48,448 nt of DNA from Octopus sinensis (GCF_006345805.1 NW_021834472.1:1-48448), one strand, 5' to 3'. Numbered from the stretch's first letter, positions 1 through 12,159 are shown. Notes: a model not told the origin generated them from the letters alone. Made by a program: numbers and translations.

Positions 1-12
1 ATATTATCTACG

Positions 13-245
13 TTTGACCTACAAGAAATAGCAGACAAATTTCATTTAAATGACACTCTCCGATACGTGGGTGCTGGTATATCTACCGCTTCTTGCTGCA
101 CATTTGACCTTAAAGAAATATCAAATTTCATTCAAGTCACACATTCCGATGCGTGAATGCTGATATGTCTGCTGTTTCTTGCCGCTCACTTGTCTTGTAA
201 GAAACAGTAGATGAATTACACTCTCCGATGTGTGGGCGCAGATAT
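13..245. repeat. Degenerate ~85-90 bp tandem repeat (2 copies plus a partial)
   Basis: tttgacct-aagaaata..aaatttcatt..acac..tccgat.cgtg..tgctg.tat.tct occurs at ~13-85 and ~103-170; partial acactctccgatgtgtggg at ~218-240. Confidence 0.45.
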
Positions 246-782
246 GATTATGTGGGTAAGGATTTTGCTTTGTAATTATGTTGTTTCATTTAAATTTTTC
301 TACGGTGCGTATTGGGCATGGATTTTCTACCACCGGCTCGATTCGATCAAAATATGGTATACGGAAACTGTACAGAAAAACTTCGGAGGGACTCTTTCTG
401 TTCTTAGATGGTCGGATTGATTTGTCATGCAGTGTAACACCACCACCAGAGACTACAGTGATTATAGCTGGGACCAATCTGTTGCATGCATTTCCGACAG
501 TGTCCTTGACATTAGGGATATTTCTTCTCTTTCTCTACTAGTCTCGGAATGTCAAGGGCATCGCTCTTACTCCCGAGACTATATCATTAAAAGAAAGGCA
601 AAAGACACATTTCTACATACTGTAGAATTATGTTTAAATAAAGCTATAATAGCCATGATTGGAATATTTTTCGTACACATCAGTTTGATCAGTGCTAATC
701 TAGGGCTGGACGTCAACAACATTAGCAAGATGGGAAATGGAAAATCTTACTCCTTTTCTTTATTTTTGCTTTCTGTCTTCAG

Positions 783-970
783 ATCCAAAACGGATTTATT
801 TCAAGCAGCCGCAGTCTTTAGATGATCGTATATTATTCCCCGGCATCTTTATTGCTTCTGATAATCAAAGCTTCCATTTTCCAGTGTCATTCAGTTGCAA
901 TGGACGTCACATCCGTTTTGTCCGCCATCTTGTCTCTCCGAACAGGATAAAAAGAACATTGGACAAATGA
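783..970 (+). other. Weak candidate terminal coding exon (DPKRIYFKQPQSLDDRILFPGIF...RTLDK*); alternatively a minus-strand 5' exon
   Basis: Branch-like cttac at 746-750, long pyrimidine tract, CAG at 780-782, then 62 open codons to TGA at 968-970. No upstream exon found and no recognisable domain. Confidence 0.2.
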
Positions 971-1289
971 AAGCTTATTTAGCCCACTATGAAAATGTTA
1001 GAAGCATTTATTTTAGAAGATGTATTATTTAGTTTAGCTTTCTCATACAATTGAACTGGGACTTTTTTCTATGTATATATAACTTTCAGATATCCTCTAC
1101 ATTATTTTCGTTTTTCTTTATTTGTGGCTTAGAGATCAATTTTGACGTTTAGTTTGTGTACAGAAAGAGAGATGCAATGTGTGAATATATATCGGATTTG
1201 CTACGTCTGCCATCTATTACATACTCACATATTTTTTATATATGTATATATGACATGTGTGTGTATGAGTACACAACTATATTTATCTA

Positions 1290-1294
1290 CCTAC

Positions 1295-1372
<78 letters not shown>

Positions 1373-1377
1373 GTCTA

Positions 1378-1426
<49 letters not shown>

Positions 1427-1465
1427 ATATATATACATACATACAAATATATATATATATATATA
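1290..1465. repeat. Compound microsatellite (TATC)n-(TC)n-(TA)n
   Basis: Direct reading. Confidence 0.98.
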
Positions 1466-1854
1466 GGCGCAGAAGTGGGTGTGTGGTAAGTAGCTTGCTT
1501 ACCAACCACATGGTTCCGGGTTCAGTCTCATTGGTTGACACCTTGGGAAGTGTCTTTTACTACAGACCTGTGAGTGGATTTGATAGACGGAAACTGAAAG
1601 AAGCTCATCGTATATATGTATGTGTATGTGTGTGTGTGTTTGTGTGTTTGCTTAGTGTCTGTGTTTGTCACCCTTGACAACCGGTGTTAGTGTGCTTACG
1701 TCGCAATAGGCTAGTGTATCGGCAAAGGTGGTCAATAGAATAAGTACTAGGTTTTAAAAATGTCCAGAGGTCGATTTGTTTCACTAAAGCCCTTCAAAGC
1801 AGTGCCCCAGCATGGCCGTAGTCAAATGACCGAAAGGCATAAAAGAATAAAAGA
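1466..1854 (+). mobile_element. tRNA-headed SINE family B, diverged full-length copy
   Basis: A-box-like and B-box-like head (ggttccgggttcagtc), internal (GT)n, AAAAGA tail; homologous to 40436-40832. Confidence 0.9.
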
Positions 1855-2834
1855 CTACAATATACGTAGCAGAAATTAAGATAAACAGCAGAATAAATGT
1901 TTAGCTCCTACGTACGTTTCAACGTTGCAGTTAATTAGGACTAAGTATTGGATAATCCACGTGCTTTCGGATGCCTAACTGCCATAGATCATCAGGGAAG
2001 CACTTTATTGTATTCTGGTGTTTATCTTAATTTCCACTACGTATACTCTGTTTGTCATATCTATTTTAGTAACATTGCAAAGTAAAGTGCTCTACTAACT
2101 AATGTAACAGAAGCCGACTGGATAATGTTAGTCTAACAGTAACTCTAACTCAAACACATGTCCTTTACTGTTAGTATCGTTTTACTACGTTCATAGAGTC
2201 TGAGACTTTGATCTCAATATGCTAGTGATGCATATTGAAAACTAAGTTATTGTAGGCAGAACTAGCACAATAAAACGTTCGTGAATTTGGTATATACTGC
2301 AGATTTTAGTCCGCTCCTTCTTCCCGTGAGTGTAATCACAAGAGGTGTCTGTTCCATAGGTTACGCCAAAAACCAAACAACTGCCCACTCATCCACTGTA
2401 GGACACTTGAGACAATGACTGTTAAAATAATTAACTCTATATTACTTAACAAGAAACAGAATATCCTAGTAATCTATAAATGCTGGAATTTAAATTAATG
2501 ATTAACTCGTTTATAAACGATTATGTTTTAATGACCGAGTAATATCTTATTATATCTAACACAGATTAGAGAGTGTGTCAGCCTTCTTATTGACCGAGGA
2601 CAGGGGTGTCACTCAAAACACTCAGAAAGAGAAGTGCAACAACATTGTAGTTTACAAAAGGAACCGACTTAACCGTGTGGTAAAAAAGTTTGCTTCGAAA
2701 CTATATGGCTCCAAGATCAACCGGGACGTCTTACGTGGTAGAATTTGTTATATACATACATACATACACACATACATACATGCATGCATATATATATATA
2801 TATATATATTATGTTATTCATTTTTTTTTTTGTT

Positions 2835-3010
2835 TCCGTCATTTGCTGGTAGCACCGACTTTAGTCGAACGAATCGACACCAGGACTTATTCTTTGTAAG
2901 CCTAGTACTTATTCTATCGGTCTCTTTTGCCGAAACGTTAAGTTACGTGAAACTAAACACAACTACATCGGTTGTCGAGTGATGGTGGGGAAACAAACAC
3001 AGACACACAA
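2835..3010 (-). mobile_element. SINE family B, 3' half
   Basis: Reverse complement matches the 3' half of 40436-40832 (gatagaataagtactaggcttacaaagaataagtcc); broken at the internal microsatellite. Confidence 0.85.
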
Positions 3011-3014
3011 ATAC

Positions 3015-3062
<48 letters not shown>

Positions 3063-3268
3063 ATGTATATATGTACGTATGTATGTATTTGTGTGTCAAT
3101 GTTATAATACTTCATTAAAATTATTAGCACATTAAATTAGTCTCCTTTTTGATGTTTTCAGTGTCATTAATCATAATAATACATTTACCGTAACTATAAT
3201 AATACTTTTATCGTAACTTTGTAGTTTTTGATAAAAATAAATGAGTACCGTACAAGTTTTCTTTTTCA

Positions 3269-3300
3269 CAACTGTATACCTACTTTTGCACCACCCAGTA
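3269..3300 (-). mobile_element. Tc1/mariner-type MITE terminal inverted repeat, abutting (TA)n
   Basis: Reverse complement tactgggtggtgcaaaagtaggtatacagttg; related end at 7943-7972; TA at the terminus. Confidence 0.55.
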
Positions 3301-3371
3301 TATATATATATATATCTATATATATATATATATACATGTATTTGTATGTATGTATGTGTCTGTGAATGTAT

Positions 3372-3415
<44 letters not shown>

Positions 3416-3904
3416 GTGTTTGTGTGTGTATTAATGTATGTATGTATAAAACTTGGGAAACTTTCCAGTGTTGCTTTCTTTCTGCGTGAAGTACATACCA
3501 TCCGAGGCTGTAGGAGTAGTCACCTTCTCGGTGCTGCGCCGAACATTCTGAATATTCAGGTGTTTGACCTTGCTTCTGCTTCATTCAAGTGCCAAACACT
3601 ATAGAGATATCTGAGCTGCACTATAAGCAATTTGATATTTGGATCTTTCGTTACATCCTTTACATTCGATTACAGATTCCAGCTTCAAGAACAATGCTGC
3701 AGCTGTACTAGAGAAAACTCTTAATTTATTGTTCATTTACCTTTGTATTTTGTCTTAGACAACATCCTCTCAATGTCTGCTTAATCGAGCTGACTTTCTG
3801 TTTAAAAAAATATAAAAATAAAAATATTTTCTTTGTTTTTGATAGATGGTATAACTTGGACTACGTTATCTAATGTTCCCATTTTTATTTTAAGATGCTA
3901 CGAA

Positions 3905-4431
3905 GGCGGCGAACTGGTAGAATCGTTAGCAGGCCTGGCAAAATGCTTTAGTGGAGGCACATGGCCTAGTGGTTAGAGCAGCGGACTCGCGGTCGAGGGA
4001 TCGCGGGTGCGAATCTCAGACCGGGCGATGTGTGTGTTTATGAGCGAAACACCTAAGCTCCATGCGGCTCCTGCAGAAGGTAATGGCGAACCTCTGCTGA
4101 CTCTTTCGCCACAACTTTCTTTCATTCTGTCCTCCTGCATCTAGTAGCTCACCTGCGATGGACCGGTGTCCCGTCCAGGTGGGGAACCTATATGCCAATG
4201 AAACAGCGAAACCGGCCCTTATGAGCCAGGCATGGCTTGAGAAGGAACAACAAACAAAATGCTTTACAATATTTCATCTGTCGCTACGTTCTGAGTTCAA
4301 ATTCCGCCGAGGTCAACTTTGCACTTCATCCTTTGGAAGTCGATGAAATAAGTAATGGTACAGTGTTGGGGGTCGATGTAATCGACTAGCCCCTCCCCAC
4401 AAATTTCGAACCTTGTATCTATATTAGAAAG
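3905..4431 (+). mobile_element. SINE family A (short-tail A2), split by a SINE C insertion
   Basis: Head ggcggcgaactggtagaatcgttagc 3905-3954; body resumes at 4256 with B-box gagttcaaattcc, the conserved central domain and the ccttg..tagaaag tail. Confidence 0.9.
3955..4255 (+). mobile_element. tRNA-headed SINE family C nested in SINE A
   Basis: A-box tggcctagtgg, B-box-like gggtgcgaatctc, (CAA)-type tail; flanked by duplicated aaaatgcttta at 3940-3950 and 4256-4266. Confidence 0.85.
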
Positions 4432-5099
4432 TGTTTTAAGATGATAGGCTCGTTACTTTTCAGAGCAACCTCACAGACGTTCTCACATTGGCACATTAAC
4501 ATATCAATTATGAATCAGTATTTTAAAGAATTCAGCTCACCCACTTTCTACACGAAAATCTACCTGCGATAGATCAATGACATATTCTATATAGAGGGTA
4601 TTGTATTTTTTATGCGTTTTACACCGGGTGGAAAACTAGAAATACGTAGCGACTGATTGTATTTCGGAAAAAGTCAGCAATTAGCTAGTCAAGTTCGAAT
4701 CTTCCAGAATTGATACGCTATTGTTTGGATCCTCCCCATGAATTATTATGCTACATCAACACGTATCAGCAAGTAATTTATAAGTGGACCCCTATAAACA
4801 ACATCTCGTGCACTTGTCAAATTCATCTGTCCGGTGCGGGTAGCTTTGAATGAGGTGACATACAACACAGTCGAAAATTATGATATTTTAAAGTCCCCAA
4901 ACAACGGTGAATCCGTATGTTATGGACATACATCGTCTAAAGGAGACGGTGTTTTCCGATTAAGAATAACAACAGTAATTAGATAGATATTCACCTTCGA
5001 AGAGACTACTATAAGTAATTAAGAATAATTTTTGCTGCTCTGCACCTCGCCCCATGCATTTTGTTCTATATTTTATACTTTAGTGTGTAGCTTAGATGG

Positions 5100-5677
5100 T
5101 GTGTAACTCGAAGATCAGGAAGTTTCTCCAGGTCGAGTCGATACTTCTCCGCCCTGAGAAGTCATAGCTCCGGTACTATGAACATGTGCTTAGAATTCGG
5201 CAGGAAAGGAGAGCAAGACGAATTCTGCAAGCCGAGCCAACGAACAGGAGACATAGCGGTAGACCAAAAGTGAAAAAGTCGGATAATATCTGTTTCTTTA
5301 CTACCCACAAGGGGCTAAACACAGAGGGGACAAACAAGGACAGAGAAACGGATTAAGTCGGTTACATCGACTCCAGTGCGTAACTGGTACTTAATTTATC
5401 GACCCCGAAAGGATGAAAGGAAAATTCGACCTCGGCGCAATTTGAACTCAGAACGTAACGGCAGACGAAATACGGCTACGCATTTCCTCCGGCGTGCTAA
5501 CGTTTCTGCCAGCTCGCCGCCTTTTAGTCGGATAATATCGGACTCAGCTGGTCTCGCTCGAGAATCCAAAGGAAAACGTAATAATGATTGCCTCTGACAG
5601 GGCCCTATACAGGAGGTGCCTGAGGACTCTACCCATTCGATCCACCCAGGGCAGCGGAAACGGATGAATGGATGGAT
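5100..5677 (+). mobile_element. RTE-clade (Rex3/Expander-like) LINE 3' end, decayed, interrupted by SINE A1
   Basis: Translation NSKIRKFLQVESILLRPEKS*LRYYEHVLRIRQERRARRILQAEPTNRRHSGRPK...GLSWSR matches the RTE ORF C-terminus; ends gcggaaacggatgaatggatgga. Confidence 0.8.
5291..5525 (-). mobile_element. SINE A1 full length with 14-bp TSD
   Basis: agtcggataatatc at 5277-5290 and 5526-5539; complete head, central domain and long tail. Confidence 0.95.
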
Positions 5678-6199
5678 ATCATAGTGCATGAATCTTATCT
5701 GAAATATATTGTCTCTCTGCCTTTTTGAAATTTCCAAAAACATTTTTATAAAACATTCATGGGGTTTCTAAACTCCTTGTGTTCCTTTGTTTTAGACAGG
5801 TTCAGGTACCACACCCATCAGAGTCCAAGCAAGTGGTTCAAACTAACTGATGGACACGAATGACCTCGTCTAGGAATATGTTAGTTGGTAGAATAGTTGA
5901 TACCACATCTATAAATAGTCAATGAGGATACTGAATTCGTACATCCTAGTTTAGTGTACCTATCCTTTGGCAAGAACATCCTTGCATACACACGTGACCT
6001 TGTGATTAACATTGATAGTAATTGCTATTTGTTATGCCGGATTACTGTTTGCTCTGATATTTGTTATGATGTTATTAATCTTTGCCTTGAATAATACTAC
6101 TTATTTAGAGTGGCTGCAGGCGTGTGGGTGTGGGTGAGGTAAGATCATAATCTAGTTATATATTATCATTTACCTTATTTTCCCCTCTGTCTTCAACCA

Positions 6200-6365
6200 C
6201 TCTTACATTCATGCTCTGCCTGTTTCTGTTCTCTCTCTCCCTCTCTCTCGTTCTCTTTATTTCTACCCCCATTTCTCTCTCTCTCACTCTCTCTTTCACT
6301 CTCTCTCTCTCCATTCTTATTTTCTCTATGTCAGTCTTTCTCCTTCTCTCTCTTTTTTTTATCTT
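6200..6365. repeat. CT-rich low-complexity tract
   Basis: Direct reading. Confidence 0.85.
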
Positions 6366-6599
6366 CATCTACGTTTATAGAGATTTGACCACGGTTCAGA
6401 ACACAAAAGCCACCCACGTCATCTTTTCATCTAATCCAATTCATTGAGATATCTAAGACATGTATACACGAGTCTGCTTCGTTGGTCTACACCTACACAT
6501 ACACACATAAATACATAACTACACAACTACACAGAGACCGTAACAACTTGTGTGTGTGTGCGCAGGGGTGAGAATGAGTGCATTCAGTGTACACAAATA

Positions 6600-6602
6600 C
6601 TG

Positions 6603-6655
<53 letters not shown>

Positions 6656-6675
6656 GATGATAATTATAATAATAC
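6600..6675. repeat. (ATA)n microsatellite
   Basis: Direct reading. Confidence 0.97.
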
Positions 6676-6961
6676 AGAGAAAATGCGGATGGTTCATGTG
6701 TGAGTGTATGAATGTGTGAGAACGTGGTGAGAGTACGTGAGTTATTAAACACGCAATACGCAAATACACATACATTCATACACATGTGCACATACAACCA
6801 CACACACACATAGTGCAAGAATACGTGGTTATATAAATCGCTGGGTGTATACTTATTTGTATGGTTGTGTCTGTAAATATATATTTATACGTGTAGGTAT
6901 GCATGTGTATGCGTGTGTACACACACACACACGTATATATATATATATACATAACGATAAG

Positions 6962-7136
6962 GGCGGCGAGCTGGCAAAATCGTTAGTTCGCCGGGCGAAA
7001 TGCTTAGCGGTAATTCGTCTGCCGTTAGGTTCTGAGTTCAAATTTTGCCGAGGTCGGCTTTGCCTTTCATCCTTTCGGGTTCGATTAATCCCTTTTGTCT
7101 CTTCTATGTTTAACCCACTGTGGGCAATAGAGAAAT
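6962..7136 (+). mobile_element. SINE A1 with internal deletion
   Basis: Head ggcggcgagctggc, B-box, jump from tcgat to taatccc, tail gtgggcaatagagaaat. Confidence 0.88.
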
Positions 7137-7293
7137 GTATATATAATAATAATAATAATAATAATTCTAGGATGGTATTTATAAATATTTCATACACCAC
7201 TACGTACGTTTCCACAAATCAGATGATTTTGTCGTCAGAGTCGGTATCCTTCGGATTAGTACAGTATATTATTTACATTTGATGTTTGTTCTT

Positions 7294-7339
7294 AACACAA
7301 CGTTTTGGCTGATATACCCTCCGGCCTTCATCAGGTGTC
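7294..7339 (-). ncRNA. Minimal type I hammerhead ribozyme motif, G12A variant (probably inactive)
   Basis: GACAC-CUGAUGA-A-GGCCG/CAGCC-AAAA-CG-UU-GUGUU. Stem I 5 bp, palindromic ACGU in place of stem III. The GAAA->AAAA change is at 7306, a CpG-decay-like position. Confidence 0.65.
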
Positions 7340-7386
7340 TTGGGCAAATTTCGAACCTGGGTTCTCATTCCTAAGGTATTTTTCGA

Positions 7387-7457
<71 letters not shown>

Positions 7458-7531
7458 TCACTGTTTGGAATCGAACTCGGAATCTTGGGGTTAGTAGCCT
7501 GCGCTTTTAACCGCTACGCCATATGCCCGTA

Positions 7532-7594
7532 GGCAGACGAATTACCGCTAAGCATTTCGCCCGGCGTGCTAAAGATTCTGCCAGCTCGCCGCCC
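7532..7594 (-). mobile_element. SINE A head fragment inside the D element
   Basis: Reverse complement gggcggcgagctggcagaatctttagcacgccgggcgaaatgcttagcggtaattcgtctgcc. Confidence 0.85.
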
Positions 7595-7817
7595 TTTAAC
7601 AAGATGTCAAATATCCGTCAAATGTAAATAATGTACATAAATCCTCATCTCTTAAATATAGAACTGCATTAGTACAGTATAGTCCATATTATCTGTGGGC
7701 ATCCGGTTGATCATCATCTTTGATTCATTTCATCAGGTGATAGTGATCTATTGGATGAGTCACAGAGGGATGTTTGTCCCTTCTTGCCAGTCTGAAGGGC
7801 AAACCAGCTATATCTGT

Positions 7818-7905
<88 letters not shown>

Positions 7906-7942
7906 GTGCGCGTAGATATGTACATATATGTATACATCATTA

Positions 7943-7972
7943 TACAGGATGGCCTAAAAGTAGGTTTACAGG
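7943..7972 (+). mobile_element. Tc1/mariner-type MITE TIR fragment
   Basis: tacaggatggcctaaaagtaggtttacagg, similar to the reverse complement of 3269-3300. Confidence 0.45.
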
Positions 7973-8499
7973 TATCTCTCTCGTACGTATATATATATAT
8001 ATATATCTTTGCATATACAAAATAATGTACGTGTGAATGTACAACGTAGGTATGCATCCGTGTATGTATGTGTGGGTGTGTATAATGATAGAAACGAAAA
8101 GACGATTTTTAAATGAATTAAAAACGATAAATTGGGTTTTCCTAGGTATTTTGTAATGTTAACAAATCACATTCATAAATAAGATTAACGAAATCCTTCG
8201 TTATTTTCTATTCGTCTACTTTTTACTTATTTTTTTTCTTTGTGTTTTTACCCACTTCATCCAGGCATCCAGCTCAATAATACTCTATTGATCTGCGTTT
8301 GCTAACCGATTAAGGTCAGCAGATGTGACTGCAAGAAAACCGAGCTAGATTAGAGTTCAGAGACATAAACAGAAAGAAATTAAGACAAAAAAATTAATTA
8401 GGTTGAATCCTATGTTAAACCGGTTTACTTAAATGTTATAGTCAAAATGAGAGGTCTCCATCTTGTTGTTCTTTGGATTATTTCATGTTTTTCTTTTGC

Positions 8500-8700
<201 letters not shown>

Positions 8701-8705
8701 CAGAT

Positions 8706-8932
8706 ATTGTTGTTGGTATTCTTTTTGTCTCGGGAGACAATGGAGTTGCGCATAGAATAATCTAGTCCGGCTTTTACATTTCATGTCCTAACACATTTCC
8801 TGCTGTGGCTATGTAGTCCTATCCTGGACAAACACTCCCTCTGGCGGGTGCCGCAAATATAACGAAGACTTTGCCTGGCTGGTTGTAATGTCATAGTTTC
8901 TTGTTGACGTCTTTTCTTGTCTTTCCATTTCT

Positions 8933-8973
<41 letters not shown>

Positions 8974-9133
8974 CACTCCTTGGTGTTCTCTCTTTTACGG
9001 TACGTCGCCAATCTCCACGGTTGCTGGCAATTGCTTCCCAGTTGCTAATATTGATGTTGCAGGTCTTCATGTCCCTTTTGCAAACATCCTTGTATCGTAG
9101 GAGTATGTCCCTAGGAATTCTGCCATCTTCCAT
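8706..9133 (-). mobile_element. RTE-clade LINE 3' end with internal deletion and (GA)n expansion
   Basis: MEDGRIPRDIL/LRYKDVCKRDMKTCNINISNWEAIASNRGDWRRTV and the C-terminal YICGTRQRECLSRIGLHSHSRKC motif; 3' UTR cattgtctcccgagac...ccaacaacaa tail. Confidence 0.88.
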
Positions 9134-9229
9134 ACTCTACAGAGAGATTGCTAGGGGCGCTGGGTCTGTGGGAAGACCGTTCCTACGATACAAGGATGTT
9201 TGCAAAAGGGACATGAAGGCGTGCAACAT

Positions 9230-9235
<6 letters not shown>
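9131..9235 (+). mobile_element. Inverted piece of the same RTE LINE
   Basis: ILYREIARGAGSVGRPFLRYKDVCKRDMKACNIN; 9181-9235 is the reverse complement of 9048-9102 (53/55). Confidence 0.88.
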
Positions 9236-9288
<53 letters not shown>

Positions 9289-9363
9289 TGTGTGTGTGTG
9301 TGTATGCAAGTTAAAAATGATGGTCATTACATATTTTCCCGTTACTGGAGCAAATTTGGCTTA

Positions 9364-9631
9364 CAGTTGTTTCCAGTAATCCTTATAGGTACATTACTGA
9401 TAGGTTTACTCAGTTGGTCTATTGATCAGTTAAGAAAGATTGAACGACCTAAAAAGATCAATGCTACATTCGTCAGAGCCATTTCTGGTTTAATGCTACT
9501 TTCGTCGGAGCCATTTCTGGTTATGATCAGAAATGGCTCTGACGAAAGTAGCATTAATTTTTTCTCAACTGATCAATAGACAAATTTAGTTAACCTATCA
9601 GTAGTCTACCTATAACGACTACTGGAAACAG

Positions 9632-9633
<2 letters not shown>
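9364..9633. mobile_element. Foldback MITE, Tc1/pogo-like TA|CAGT start
   Basis: Nested inverted blocks 9368-9378/9620-9630, 9383-9390/9608-9615, 9395-9406/9592-9603, 9417-9437/9561-9581, and central 29-bp stem 9491-9519/9528-9556. Confidence 0.75.
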
Positions 9634-10250
<617 letters not shown>

Positions 10251-10469
10251 GCGTGTGTCTACGAAAAGAATGACGTGACGGTAACAGCTGGAATGTGTTT
10301 GATCAGAAGGCTGCTTTATTTGGATATGATTAAGGCTAAACAGTGACGGCATGTGAACGTCATAACAGTTGATGAAAAATTTGTATGCGGTCACTTGATA
10401 TGCTCGAAATACCCTGATCTAGGCGTAAACGATAACAACAACCACGATTTGTACTTCGTATTATTGTTT

Positions 10470-10640
10470 CCAGCATAGGCTCAAGGGCAGAAAATTTGTT
10501 GGGAAAAGGTTCCGTCGCGTTAATTGACTGCTGTACCTGACTGGTTAGTTCTACAGTTTACTGACTCCAAAAGGATGAAAGAACAAAGGCAAAGTTGATT
10601 TCAGTGAGATTTGAACTCAGAACATAGACAGTCGGAACAG
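10470..10640 (-). mobile_element. Highly decayed SINE A-type copy
   Basis: ggatgaaag..aggcaaagttgatttcagtgagatttgaactcagaac resembles the reverse complement of the A central domain. Confidence 0.6.
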
Positions 10641-10882
10641 ATAGCACCAATGATTTTCTTTGTCGTTGCTCATCTATTTTTGCTCGTCCATGAATTTGTG
10701 TTTCTGTGCCTCAAGCAAGGCATCAAAATTTTAGCTAGAAGAATATTAGTCGGTAACTTGTTACGCAACCACGCAAGTGCCGCTGACCGCTGCTTTCTTT
10801 AAGCATATTTGAATATTTGTTTACGCATGTACATCTATCTCTCAGTATATATATGTGCGTGTGTTTGTGTGTGTGTGCGCGT

Positions 10883-10921
<39 letters not shown>

Positions 10922-11442
10922 TTTGTGAACAAAACTGGCCAATCATTTATTCGCTACATTTCCGACATCGAGGGTAACAAGAAGAGGTGACACTGGTTTC
11001 TATGTTTCTCACTGATGTTTATATACTTTTACCGATGCACATCGGCTTAACACACACACGCACATACACACACACGCACATACACACACACACACACACA
11101 TACACACACCACACACACACACATACACACATACATACACACACACAAATTCATATCAGAACCTAAACATTTCGGAAATACTAAATTACAAAATCCCAAT
11201 ATTTTGAGGTGAGGCGTGGTGGAGTGAAGAGGAAAAGCGTTGATATGATATTCTCGTATCCAGTATCTATATATTAATACACTAAGGTCGAATGGTCAGT
11301 TGAAGGGAGAGGTGAGAGAACAAGATCAGGAGAGAAGTGTTAATGACATGAGGTGGGAAATAGTAATAGTTATTACGGTAAGACCGTGTGTGTGATGATG
11401 TCTAGTGGTTAATCGAAGGGATATGCGGAGAGAGCAAGAGTA

Positions 11443-11474
<32 letters not shown>

Positions 11475-12029
11475 AAGAAGAGTGTTAGTGCTGAGAGACA
11501 AGAGAAAGATATTGCCATTTACGTTGTGGCGAATTTGTTAAATAAAGAGGTAGTAAGTAGAGAAATTTAGAAACATGTTTAGTGCAGGGACATGTGATAC
11601 AGCTGAAGCGAGAGGCAATAAAGTGGAGAGAGAGAGAGAGTGAGTGAGTGAGTGAGTGAGTGAGTGAGTGAGTGAGTGTTCACTGAAAGGAATGCTGGTG
11701 TGGTAAGCAGTTACATGATTTTAAACGTCGTATAACAGAATGTTGCGGCAGACAATAAAAATAAGGGTTAAGATGTTACAGATTTTAATGTCCACCCGTT
11801 TCTATATCTTCAATCTGTAAATGGATCTATGTGAATAGGTAGGTACACTGGTGGATAGAAGATAAAAAGGCGGGTGGTTAGCTAAATCGCCACATAGTGA
11901 AATCAAAGTTAAAAATCCTTAGCAAACAGCTGCGAATATTTCTTTTACCTTCTAATGTGTAGCAACGCAACGGCTGAGGCCATGCTGGGGCACTGAAATT
12001 ATTTAGGGTTTCGTTTAAATTGTTATCCG

Positions 12030-12104
12030 TATGTTAGATACATACATATATACATACATACTTACAAAGATAGAAATGTAGGTATAGTAGAATTTTTTTA
12101 AATA

Positions 12105-12159
<55 letters not shown>

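Larger units (their letters stand above)
7262..7666 (-). mobile_element. Family D element: tRNA-like Pol III head, (AAT)n, hammerhead motif, with inverted outer ends
   Basis: Minus strand: A-box tggcgtagcgg (7521-7511), B-box gagttcgattcc (7478-7467), (AAT)n, CTGATGA core (7334-7328). Ends gtatattatttacatttgatg / cgtcaaatgtaaataatgtac are inverted. Second copy at 31632-31935. Confidence 0.8.

Noticed and set aside
211-825. Frame open from 211 to 825 with a single TGA at 418 (readthrough or selenocysteine?)
   Set aside because: No recognisable domain, SECIS or splice support; compatible with chance.
1142-1677. Long ORFs with YLSI/IYIY/LSLS runs, here and at many other loci
   Set aside because: They are translations of stop-free microsatellites.
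3499-3598. Minus-strand AG..GT-bounded segment with strong donor GATG|gtatgt
   Set aside because: All three frames have stops from the acceptor, the pyrimidine tract is poor and there is no partner exon.
3955-4025. tRNA-like heads of the SINEs as true tRNA genes
   Set aside because: No complete cloverleaf or acceptor stem; they continue into SINE bodies.
5376-5743. Recurrent ORFs such as MRNWYLIYRPRKDERQSRPRRNLNSE
   Set aside because: They are antisense frames of the non-coding SINE A consensus.
9460-9556. 31-bp repeats as a CRISPR-like array
   Set aside because: No spacers, eukaryotic context, and explained by the MITE foldback.
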